64,000 nucleotides of DNA, from NCBI GenBank assembly GCA_030704615.1, contig CM060733.1, forward strand, positions 11,904,001 through 11,968,000, read 5' to 3'. Both the position numbers and the translations under genes were made by a program. Below the pieces are notes generated by a model. The model was not told the origin of the DNA and made no database searches. It saw only the letters and a program-made list of their open reading frames with translations. Positions within the stretch are counted from its first letter, which is position 1. Every line of letters starts with the position of its first letter. Below are positions 38,170 to 50,233 of this stretch, one piece after another. The stretch comes from Takakia lepidozioides. Taxonomy: Eukaryota; Plantae; Bryophyta.

Positions 38170-38820
38170 ATGTATATCCGCCCAGCAAATTGTGGAGAAA
38201 TTCACCGCTTGACAAGAGAGATTTTAGTGTTTCAGCGGGGATTTTTATTGTTTTTGGCTCTCTGAGTGACGGGATGATTTTTCCTGCTCCTAGCTTCCAC
38301 ATAGAAATGTGGTATTGTATCTGTGAAGATGGTTTGCTAATTTGGTTGGTGAGAAGGTATAGGGAGACCAAGTTGTCTGTAAATAAATAGTATATTGAAG
38401 TAGGTTAGTAGGGGAGAGATTTTAGGGCATCATGTATTGCCATAAGTTCCACTCGCAAGATGTTATGGCGACCAGGGAAACGACTATACATTTTGGAGTT
38501 GGTGCCAACCAAACCATAACCCACCTGGGCCTCTTTTAAGGAGCCATCGGTATATATGCGTGAGAATTTCAAGGTTGTCGGTTCCGTGAAATCTGGGAGT
38601 AGGATAGCAAAGTGTTTTTGTTTCACTCCCCAGATAGGTCTGGGGATCACATACCTCCATGGTTTGTCCGGGTTGATTCGGGGGTGTTACATTGTTGGGT
38701 GTCCGAGTAAGCAAGTAGACCGTGGCTGTTTGACCAAATAAATGTTTTAGAATCAAGTCTCGTTTATGGTGGAAAGTGGTAGGTATTTGCGGATTTTGTG
38801 AGTGGTGGTGTACACATACA
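38170..38820 (-). mobile_element. Degenerate retroelement (probably LINE) fragment with an RNase H domain
   Basis: Minus-strand IYTDGSLKEAQVGYG...HNILRVELMAIHDALK...LFTDNLVSLYLL supplies the D-E-D catalytic residues of RNase HI. Confidence 0.65.
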
Positions 38821-39148
38821 TGTTTAGTTAGTAACGATTATGGGTATTTCATGTATTTGCGCCACGGTGGTGGGGGTTAATTGACAAACGATCGAGCGAG
38901 GTCCAAATGTACTAACGGAATACTCCATGAGAGTCGTTTAGTATTGGTTGCTTAGATTAATATTAGGAATAAATAAGATGGTGAATGACCATAGAGACAT
39001 CAATGCGTGCCTAATGAAGCGTTTCACCGGCGGCAGCAGCGTGAAGGGGTTATACAAACCCTCGCCCTTGCCACTGGTGGAACCTTGCAGTCCCCAGGGA
39101 TCCACAGTGTTGATCTATGTCGTGTAAACTCGAGTAATTAGACAAACA

Positions 39149-42100
39149 TGTCAAGGACATAGCCCAGAGGAACTTACCAGGAGTAAATACCAGAAGTTAC
39201 CATGTTACCAAAAGTTACACTGACTTACCGTGATTTACCATGATTTACCATGATCTACCATGATTTACCATTAGTTACCAAGTTACCAAAATATTATCAA
39301 ATTACCAAGAGTAACTTGGGAAACTGCTTAGGAAGCTTCATTTGGATGAAGCTTCTCCGTCAAGAAACCTTTGTTTAATCTTGGAAACTTCTCAATCAAG
39401 AAACCTCTATAGGGGAAGCTTCTTAGGGAACCTCTTCATAGCCAGTATAAGGAGGCGAGACTGGACACTCTTCAGTCTCGTCAACACAAGTTCAAGCTAC
39501 TCTTGTTCCTAGTCCCAGTACTCTAGTCCAGTTTCCAGTACTCTAGTCCAGTTTCCAGTATCGGGTACCCCAGTCCAGTTTCCAGCATTCCAGTATTCAA
39601 GTTGAATCCCAGTATCTTGTACTTTTGTCTATTGTTATAAAGATCATCTTGATTCATGTTTATCCACCATGCATTCGGCCACGCCGACCTTGACTTCTTG
39701 TCTAGTCTGATCTCTTGTTTGTGTTTCAGTCATGTTCTCGTTCTTGACAGTTTGGCGAGACGAAAGTTTGATCCTTAGTTAGTTAAGATGGAAGGCACAT
39801 TTGCGGAAATGGTCGTCACATTACAAAGTCTTCAGCTCCAGATGCAAGAACTTCGTACCTCTACCGCTCAATTGCAAGCTGATCAGTCTCAAGATCTTGA
39901 CAACGCTCTCCACAATTTGCAACAACAAATTTCAGAGTTAAATGAGTCGAACAATAGATCTTCAACCATACGAGTGCCTACTACAATAGCTCCTACTGCA
40001 ACAGTTCTTCTTCAACAGATTACGAGAGAACCAAAGATCAGCATGCCCGAGAAATTTGATGGGACGAGATCAAGATTTCGCGGTTTTGTTCAACAAGTAC
40101 TACTGTTCCTACGACTACATCCACAACACTACCCCGATGAAGGTATTCAAGTGAGATTTGTGGGCACCCTTCTATGAGGCATTGCCTTATCTTGGTTTGC
40201 ACCGCTATTAAAAAAAAATTCGCATTTACTAAATAATTTTGAAGCATTCATATCCGAGCGTTTGGAGATAATGATAGAGAGAGAGTTGCAGAGACAAAGA
40301 TGCGAAATCTTCGACAAGGAGCACATCGTACTTCCGTTTATGCTGTCGAATTTCGACAACTTGTGTGCGACCTCGACTGGAATGAGAAGAGCCTCATTAG
40401 TCAGTTTCAATGTGGGCTAAAAGATGATGTAAAAGATTTGTTGTTTACATTGTCAAACGTGAGCACACTGAGTGAATTCATCACCCAAGTCATTGCATGC
40501 AATAATCGTTTGTTCGAAAGACGTCAAGAGAAGCGATCTGGATGGTCGACGACGCATCATGCTGCTTCTACTACGGCACCAAACACAACGATCCATCAAA
40601 CATCCGGTAGTGATCATATGCAGATTGATGCTATCCGATTCAAGCCATTGACGCCATAAGAAAAACAAAGACGACGCTCGAATGGACTATGCCTTTATTG
40701 CGGAGAAGAAGAACACATAACATTAAACTGCCCCAATAAGAGAAGATTCAAAGCTCGGGGTGCAACTCAAGTGTTCGATACGAGGAGGTCGGAAAACGAA
40801 GATGTCCAGTCACAGTAGGGACCATGCGGCTGGACACCACAAATTCCTCACCGAAAAAATATTTTTTTCTACCTCCAGACCCTGCACCTTGCTTCACAGT
40901 TCCGATAAAAATCAGAGTGCAAAATTGAGATATCTCTGTAGAAGCACTTTTGGACTCAGGGGCTTCAGCTTGTTTTGTGGACAAAAACTTTGCGAAGCAA
41001 CACAATTTAACGCTCGTAAAGAAGAAACTTTCGGTTCCCATTGAAATCATCGATGGACGACCGTTAGCATCAGGAAATGTGGACCATAAACTCGACCAAT
41101 TGAAGTGAAGCTTAAAGATCAAGCATCACATATTGTTTTCAACGTCATCTAGTCTCCAATGAATCTTGTGATCCTTGGACTTACCTGGTTCGTACTTCAC
41201 AATCCTGACATCGATTACCGATCGCGAAAAATTTCTGCAAGACAGAAATGTAGAAATATCAAAGGTATTCAACTTATGTTCCTTGGAGCTAGAGCTTTCA
41301 TGAGTGCTACCAAAATGGATGTGGCATTTGCACTTTATGCGACTCCGATCAAGACCACAACAGACAAATGTACTTCAACATTACCCGCTCAATATCAAGA
41401 TTTCAAGGATGTCTGCGAGAAGAAAAATGCAGACATATTGCCAGAACATCGACCTTATGACTGTGCAATTGAGTTACAAGAAGGAGCCCAACCACCATTC
41501 GGCCCAATCTATTATAACTTATGCTAGACGGAGTTGACTGCATTACGGGAATACATTGATGAAAATTTGTCGAAGCACTTCATCCGACATTCAAAATCAC
41601 CTGCGGGGGCGCCTATCTTGTTTGTGAAAAAGAAGGACGGATCATTACGCATGTGTGTAGACTATCGTGGTCTCAACAAAGTCACAATTAAGAATCGTTA
41701 TCCGTTGTCGCTGATTTCTGGGCTTTTCGACCAACTGAGACGAGCGAAGATTTTCACCAAAATTGACTTAACATGAGCTTATAACCTTGTACGGATAAAA
41801 AAAGGAGACGAATAGAAAACATCTTTTCGAACAAGGTATGGGCATTTTGAATATAGTGTTATGCCTTTCGGTCTTACAAATGCTCCAGCAATTTTCCAAC
41901 AAATGAATGACATCTTTTGGAGAATTTTTAGATGACTTTGTAGTCATCTATTTGGACGACATTTTGATATTTTCACAGAATGAAGAAGAACATGGCCACC
42001 ATGTACGCCTTGTCCTTGATAAATTAAGAGAAAGAGGACTATATGCCAAGTTGGAAAAATGTCTTTTCCATCAATCTGAGGTCGAATTTCTGGGCTACAT

Positions 42101-45100
42101 TATTCCCAACAAAGGCGTCTTTATGGATCAGAAGAAAATACAAACCATCATCGAGTGGATTAAACCAACTTCGGTCCGAGATGTACAATGTTTTCTGGGA
42201 TTTGCAAATTTCTATAGAATCTTCATCAATGACTACTTCAAAATTGTTGCACCATTGACACAACTCACATGGAAGGACAAAATTATATGGGACGAGAAGG
42301 CTGACCAGACATTTGAAAAGCTGAAGCAGACATTTACAACGGCTCCAATACTGGTACCTGTAGACCCATCTAAACCATTCTTCTTGGAAGCAGATGCATC
42401 GGACTTTGCACTTAGCGCTATACTCTCTCAATACGGTACGGATGGCCGACTTCACCCTGCTGGTTTTCGTTCTCGCAAATTTTCTGCTGCAGAAATCAAT
42501 TATGAAATCCATGACAAAGAATTTATAGCGATCATCGATGTTTTTGAGGAGTGACGTCATCTACTAGAGGGAGCTAAACAACAGGTCACTGTCTACACCG
42601 ATCACAAAAACCTCGAATATTTTATGAGTGTTCGTGTTTTGAATCGACGTCAAGCCAGATGGGGTATGTCACTAGTAAGGTTTAATTTTGTTATTACCTA
42701 TCGCCTCGGACATCTTCAAGGGAAACCCGATGTTTTTTCTCGACGATCGTATCTTGCACCGAAAAAAAAGGAGAGAGCTTTCGACCAACAGAAATCCATC
42801 ATCTTGAAACCAACAAATCTCCAATTGAATATGCTATCCATGTCCACCTATGACGATGTAGAGATCATAAAGGAGATTCATGAAGCATTGAAGAGCGACC
42901 AATTTGCTACAACACTACGAAGTCAACTAAATCGACCTCGAGATAACCCACATGTTACAAACGACTTCGAATTCAAAGATGACTTACTTTATTTCAAGGG
43001 ACTTCTCTATGTACCTCGAGGACCTACACGACTTTGAATTTTTCAAACATGTCATGATCTTCCGGCTGCAGGACATTTCGGCTTCAACAAAACAATGGAA
43101 TTGATATCCAGGGACTATTGGTGGCCGCAGATGTGAAAACTCGTGAAAGAATTTATAAAATCTTGCGACATGTGTGCTAGAGCGAAGGGACCACGACATC
43201 GACCTTACGGCCTTCTTTAACCATTACCCATTCCCAAGGGTCCATGGTCGTCCGTGTCTATGGACTTTATTATGGACCTTTCAATTTCCAAGACCACCGA
43301 TTCAATCCTTGTTATTGTAGATCGTTTTATGAAGATGACATATTTGATTCCATGTAATAAGACGGTTACCAGCGAGGAAACTGCAAGACTCTTCCTCAAT
43401 AATATCTACCGCATTCATGGACTCCCGAAGGACATCGTATCTGATCGATGATCACAGTTCATATCAAATTTCTGGAGGGGATTATTTCACATATTGGATA
43501 TTTAGATCAACCTTTCTACAACTAATCATCCACAGACTGATGGTCAACCGGAAAGTATAAACCAGATTTTGAAACAGTATCTTCGCTGTACGATAAATTA
43601 TCACTAAGATAATTGGACGGACCTTCTGTCATTGGCTGAGTTTGCCTACAACAACACTATACATTCTTCGACCAAACAAACTTCATTTTTTTTTTTTCAT
43701 CATCCTCGAGCAAACCTTTTCCACATGAAGACTGTTGGAAGCCCTGCTGCAGAAAACTTTGTTACTCATCTTGCTACGATTCACAAAGAGCTTACATTCC
43801 ACCTCGCAGAAGCTCAAAAACAATACAAGGAGTATGCAAATCAACATCGTCAACTCCAACCCCAGTTCAAGGTCGGAGATCGTGTGTGGCTTCTTCGACG
43901 GGACATACGAACCTCGCGTCCATCAAGGAAGTTGGATTATCAACGCTTGGGACCATTCAAAATTATTCGACAAATAAATCCGGTCAGTTTTCGGCTTGAA
44001 CTCCCACGAAGTATGCGCATCCATCCAGTCTTTCATGTTTCATTATTGGAGTTGTATCATCCATTGAATATTCCAGGGAGAGTCTCCGTACCACCTCTAC
44101 CAATCGAAGTCAATCAGGAAGTTCAGTATGAAGTCGACGAAGTCCTAGACTCTCGCATCAAGTATAAACGTCTTGAGTATTTCGTACATTGGAAAGGCTA
44201 CGACATCAGCGAACGAACGTGAGAACCTTCATCCAACCTCGCCAATGCATCTGACAAAGTCCAAGAGTTTCATCAACGATATCCAACTAAGCCCGAGCTA
44301 CACATCAATAAGACGTCACAACGATGATGTCAGCCAAGTTAGCTTCAAGGTGAAGATTCCATATTCAATGTATCTGATACACGCTAAGAAGGGAGGAGCA
44401 CCACACATCAGTATATATAGCTACATTTCCAGCACTCTTGCATCTTGTATTGGCAGAATGGAGTCAAAGGAACCAGATACATTGGAGTTGTCGCTTACCC
44501 AACTATCATATCAGCCGTTCCGACTCTCACGACCTTCAACATCACGTCGACGCTCTCGAGACGATGGGCCACCAATGCGACGCGCACTTCCTCGTCTGGA
44601 CCCCGTATGATGGCAAGTGAAGCCTACTCGAAGTCTGATAATTCTATTGGAGGTTGAGGCTTCGGATCCAGATGACCACGAAATCATGTTTGAAGACAGC
44701 TTCGAAAATCAGTATGCTCAAATCACTGCGTGGTCCCAAGTTCAAGGTGTTGGACACTATTGATGGTTGCAGGGACCTATAAATCATTTGAGTCAAGAAC
44801 GAAGAGCCGAATACTTGGCAAGTACCATTCGCCGGATTTTGGATTTTCTCCAACTCTAAGCAAATCCAAGATTTTACCGCTCCTCGAGGAACTCGGCGCT
44901 AGAGGAGGGGGTGATGTCACGGACATAGCCCAGAAGAACTTCCCAGGAGTAAATACCAGAAGTTACCAAGTTAGTAAGTTACCAAAAGTTACCATGATTT
45001 ATCGTAATTACCACGATCTACCATGATTTATCATTTGTTACCAAGTTACCGGGAGATTACCAAATTACCAAGAGTAACTTGGGAAATTGCTCATGAAGCT

Positions 45101-45531
45101 TTCTTTCCATCAAGATACCTCATTTGCTGAAAGAAGCTTCTCCATCAAGAAACCTCTGCTTAATCTTGGAAACGTCTCCATCAAGAAACCTCTATAGGGG
45201 AAGCTTCTTAGGGAACCTCTTAGTAGCCAGTATATATAGGAGGCGAGATAAGACACTCTTTAGTCTCACCAACATAAGTTCAAGCTACTCTTGTTCCCAG
45301 TCCCAGTACTCTAGTCCAGTTTCTAATATCGGGTACCCCAGTCCAGTTTCCAGCATTCCAGTATTCGAGTCCAGTCCCAGTATCTTGTACTCTTGTCCAT
45401 TGTTATAAAGATCATTTTGATTCATGTTTACCCACCATGCATTCGGCTACGCCGACCTTGACTTCTTGTCTAGTTTTGTACCTCTAGTCTGATCTCTTGT
45501 TTGTGTTTCAGTCATGTTCTCGTCCTTGACA
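39149..45531 (+). mobile_element. Tcn1/Tf1-like Ty3/gypsy chromovirus, copy B, full length but degenerate. LTRs 39149-39749 and 44915-45531; TSD aaaca/aaacc
   Basis: LTRs run TGTCA...TGACA. Gag ATG at 39788; PR LLDSGASAC; RT IYLDDILIFS; RH; INT; chromodomain ~44125-44240. The PPT agaggagggggtga is at 44901-44914. The 5-bp flanks match at 4 of 5 positions. Confidence 0.95.
44458..44859 (+). pseudogene. Extra post-pol ORF (133 codons) of Tcn1-like copy B, with 2 premature TGA stops
   Basis: ATG at 44458 and TAA at 44857-44859. The TGAs at 44608 and 44761 are CGA in copy A. TATATATA at 44412-44419. Confidence 0.6.
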
Positions 45532-47314
45532 AAACCTAGTGGGCATGTGAGAGGGTTAGAGTAGCGTAAGTGAGTGAGTTGCATCTGCATGGTGAAGAAG
45601 ACTAAAAGGAATACGGGGAAAATTGAGTGAGAGTGTGCAAGTGAAGTTTGTTTGTTGTTGTTGGGGTTTTGGGTGGTAGATCTTGTGCGTAACATTGGAT
45701 GAGTATGGAGACATGTATTGCAAATGTTGACGACGTCTGCAAGTCCGTGAGGTGGAGTGGATTAGAATTAAACATTTCCCATGACCACTCCAATCTTTGA
45801 AGGAATATGCTACCAATATATTACCCTATTGGTCCATATATGTGCGTTAAGTTACCGTAGAGGTCGCTCTATTCCGACATTAATTAATTCACTTTAAGAG
45901 ATAACGAATATTTTAAAATTCTGCCATGGGAATAGACGAAATATGGGAATAATCTTCATTTAAAAAGATGAACTTTGAAAACAAAATGTGACAATATGGC
46001 AGTGAAAATGTCAAGTTTGAAAAGGAAAAAATAAAATAAAATTTGAGACTTATTAAACATGTTTACCACTAACCATGATTATGGCTTGCCAGAGAGTTAT
46101 GGCTAACCATAACTATGACCTGCGATAGAAAATGTTAACTGTACGTGAATCTTGACATGTCCCACGTAATTTAATGAGAAGTACCCATGAGTGCCGAATT
46201 CCTGAAAAATTGGATGAAGCCCGAACTAAAAAATTAATATTGTCAATAAGCATGCCGAACTTGGCGACCTGCATGTTTTTAATGATTCCGGCCGGGATAT
46301 GTCGAAATAGAGTGGCCTCTACGGTATTCTAAGTGTGAACGTGGGGTTGAAGCCTCAAACCTCATAATATCTTTATTTGGGTTACATTTAGCTATAGAGA
46401 TGTGTAGATTTGGGATACTTCTTGGCAGGCTGATGAAGCGTCTATCGTTGGTTTGTGGTTCGTCGTGCGTTGGGTATGAATATGCGTCAAGTAGTGGATA
46501 TTTGGTTCGTCGGTGGTATTCGGTAACCATTTGGATATTATGGTATTGGGGTTTCCATGGGTGCTAAAAAAATAATAATTGTTTTCTCAGGTGTTATTTT
46601 TGGGAGTTGTTTCCTTCCATTGATAATTGTTTTGACACATTTGGCTCAATATTGATCCAAGGACATTTTTTGAGTTATGCCTTGTACTTCCTCTAATGTG
46701 TGGGCGGGTGTTCCAGGTGTTATGTGGGACAAGGAGCAAGTGGTGATGACATAGCAGTTGGTTGGGGTGGTTGCAGCTGGGGTATTTGAGATTGTGTGGG
46801 ACGGGCGCTTGTTGGGTTTAGAGTGGAGCCACGGAATAGTGATTGGATGGGTCCTTTGTATGTGTACAGGTGGGTCAAAACAATCTCCACAGCTTGGCAA
46901 TTCAAGGTGTGCCCATTGCACAAATTAACTCCTTTGTAATTTGATGTTTCACTCAATCCCTGCATTGAGGGTGTGGAATACACTACAATAGTGAGACTAG
47001 TAAAAACAAGTTGTAAATCTATTTGTAGAATTTACAGAAGAGGGTCCCAGCGGGGCCCCACCCTTTGGGCCAACTAAACTCACCATGTAGACAAACAACT
47101 TTGCAATGTGCATGGCCCTCCTTGCATGCTCCAAATCAGGAGGGTTTTCTAGACAATCTACCTGTCGGATAATTCAAATTTGTTGCTTTCAATGTGCTGT
47201 CAGAAAATTAATAGCAGTTGGAATCATTAAAAAATATTAATATCTGTAAAAAATAGGAAATCTACTTCCTAGAAACCCGAAATGCGTCTGGTGGACCTGG
47301 CCCTTCAACCTTAA

Positions 47315-48537
47315 CCCTTAAGTGCCCAGACTCATTTTCACCCTCTCATGGAAAAACATGACCCTGGCACACAAAAACATTTTTATCTGGAAAATCTCTA
47401 TGTCCCTGTAAAATTGACCGTTGGAATGACTTCCCACACCACAAAAAATTTCATCAAATTCCAACTGCCAAATCAGAAGATTATAAAGTGTAGAGTGGGG
47501 ACAAAAAAAACTCTTCGCTAAGAAATAGGTGCCAACAAAAGCACTTTTTTGCACGTATTTGGGTATTTTTAATTTCTTTTTTCTTGAGAGTCTCAAGAAT
47601 GTTGTACCATACCTGATTACACACATCCTCATAATTTTTCAGTTTTTTCTGAAATGTTCTCAAGTGGGCTTATTTGTAGTGACAAATTGGGGGGTCAAAA
47701 TATACCATTTTCTTTGGGCAGGCCAAAATATCTCTTCCTAAAATTATACAAACAAATTCAGCCGTTCAATTCCTAATCCCTCCGGTTGAAGTGTCATGAA
47801 CATCCATATGAGATCCCAAAAAAAGTTTGGGACCAATCGGTAATTTCCGTCGCATCTTTAGATTCCCTGCCCAAGACTTCAAATGGCACACCTAAGTTAT
47901 AGCCTGGATGCCTAGGATATTTGGAGCCATAGCCCAGAAGGGCACAGGGTTTGGGAGCTCCTCTGGTTTACCCGGCCCTGCTTTCATGGGGGCCCACTCC
48001 ACCCTCAACCCTCTCAAAACCCCGCCCTAGGTTTGGCCCACCCCTCGTGGCGTTTTTCTGGAACCCCAAGCTCTGCCGCCATTGCGGCTCCACTCCCTCC
48101 AGCCCGCCCTGCATGGCGTTGGCCGGAGCTGCCATCGCCGTCGATTCAGGCTAGGGCCTAACCCTGGAATGCCCAGACCTGCGCCCACCGCCATGCCCCT
48201 GCCGGGCAATCAAGGGGTTTGGGGGAGCGTGCCGCCCTAACCTTTATGGGGTATCTTTCAGTCACCCTAACCTGACCGCAGTTGCCATGTCAGCAACTTG
48301 CGCAGGTTAGGGGGGCCAAATTGGCCTCAAAAAGCTGAGTGTGCCCCCCTTCCAATTGGTTCAGACCCATACCCCTTCAGGCATTGACCAATTGGCCAAT
48401 GCCATATGAAGGGGGACTCGATTCTCTATCGATTGAGCCCAAAAAAGGCCCAAAAAAGGCCCAATCAGCCTTAACCACATCAAGTTATGGCTGGTTAAGC
48501 GAACCGACCCAGAATGGGTCGCTTGGGCACTTAAGGG
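47315..48537 (-). mobile_element. Non-autonomous piggyBac-like DNA transposon, copy 2 (1223 bp), inverted relative to copy 1
   Basis: TTAA at 47311-47314 and 48538-48541. Perfect 14-bp TIR cccttaagtgccca / tgggcacttaaggg. Confidence 0.87.
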
Positions 48538-50233
48538 TTAAGGCTTAAAACGCTCTTTGATCAATCAACTTTCAAAGTTTCTATTATTATTATCATTATT
48601 ATTTCAAATATTCTATTAAATTGTTTAAAAAATCCATTTCAGCAACGTTTCGTCCGCTGACGTGGCGTCGCCCGTTGGTTAACACTGAACACCATCCAGT
48701 CCAACGATGGATGATCTGATAAATCTCATCCATCCACAGCATAGAGAGCCGCACCGCAGTACGAGGGGACAACTCCGATACTGGAAATCTAGGGTAGCCG
48801 TGTCCTTTATTCAAGGCCAAGACAGTCTTCAAGTACTAACAAATAGTGGATAAATAGCTCACTGCGTAAGTTAATATAAAGCCATCGTACCTGAGGATAT
48901 CCTCAGAATATCCCGACCATAGTCGCAGTGCAGCGCTAGACTTGGCAGTAATATGAATCTCAGTCGCGGATCTTTACATTGGACGGTCGAGATTTATCGA
49001 TGCTCCAACCCCAGTTCCTTCGAGGAAAGGTTCGTCTCCCTCCTCGCGCACTCGGAGTGTGGGACAGCCAGAGGTAAGAGCTGTCTGTGATGTACAAGCA
49101 GGCTTCCGACGTTCCTTGTTCTCATCGTCTTCTTCCTTTCTTATATTTCAGTTCCGTGACTGCTGTTTTACTGTCACATAAAAGGTTTCATAGTCGTCAA
49201 TGCTTGTGGTTCCCATCTGTCCTAGAGATGTCCTTCTGCAGTCACTCCTGTGTAGCTATGCGTAGTTTCACGAATAACCTTGGATTCCACTAGTATGATG
49301 GAGAGATAGGTACTGAACAAAAGATCCGCAACATTATGTGCAAGTTCAACGAAAAGGAGAATATAATTTCCGCTTTCAGTGCGTCAAGGTGATGAAGGTA
49401 CAGCTGCTTGTTATCTCTTCTCTTCTCAGTTTCTCCGAAATCTTAGTCTTGGATTTCTGAAGAGAAGTCAGGCTGCATCTCGGTTCTTCAGAATGATTAA
49501 CTAAGACTAAAGTAATCTTGAATAATATTTCAGCTCATACCAGAAAAGAGGCATTCATTACTCTTCGGAGTTGCATATCTCCGGGCATCTCAGTTTTTCA
49601 GAAACGTTTGCACCTCAGTAAGATTGCGAGCATCCAATCGTTGACTTCTTTAGCAATCTAATTGTCTAATTCTCAACTTTGTCGCCTTGTTATACTGCAT
49701 ATTTTTCCTCTAAGGAGCTAATGCTCTATTTTCTGTATTGCGATGCATGCAGATGGCTTCCTATCTTCACGTCTTCGTCTTTTGACGACAGGGACTTAAA
49801 GCATACCCGAAGGAGAAGAGGAGAGTGGATGCAGGAAAGCGACCGAGTCATGGTCTTCTGTTGAGCCAGTGAGGATGTGCTGAGCTATTTGAATAAAAAT
49901 TGAGCCAGGGCAGGGTGGAGAAGGAGACGAGAAGACTATCTTCGGGAAGTCCCGGACATCTTTACAATTTCTGAAGCTGATTGGAGTTGTAAGGTGCTGC
50001 AATCCGCCTTTGAATTGCATTGTGAGTATCATCAGACCTCGCATTCCAGACCTCACCATCAAATTCTCAATGAGGGAAGTCTGCAGGGAAACGATGTCCA
50101 ACACCTGCATGTAATCTTTGATGATTGCTGTCATTCCGTGTCTGGTATGGCGTTTCACCTTATAAGCCAGTGCTCCGCTTCAGGTTTCTCTCTTATTTTG
50201 AGTGCTTCTACTGTGCAGCGGGACACAATTAAG

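Noticed and set aside
36301-48537. A single 12-kb transposon with 1.2-kb terminal inverted repeats
   Set aside because: Each arm has its own TIR pair and TTAA flanks, and the empty site for copy 1 alone can be reconstructed from the adjacent repeat. They are two independent insertions.
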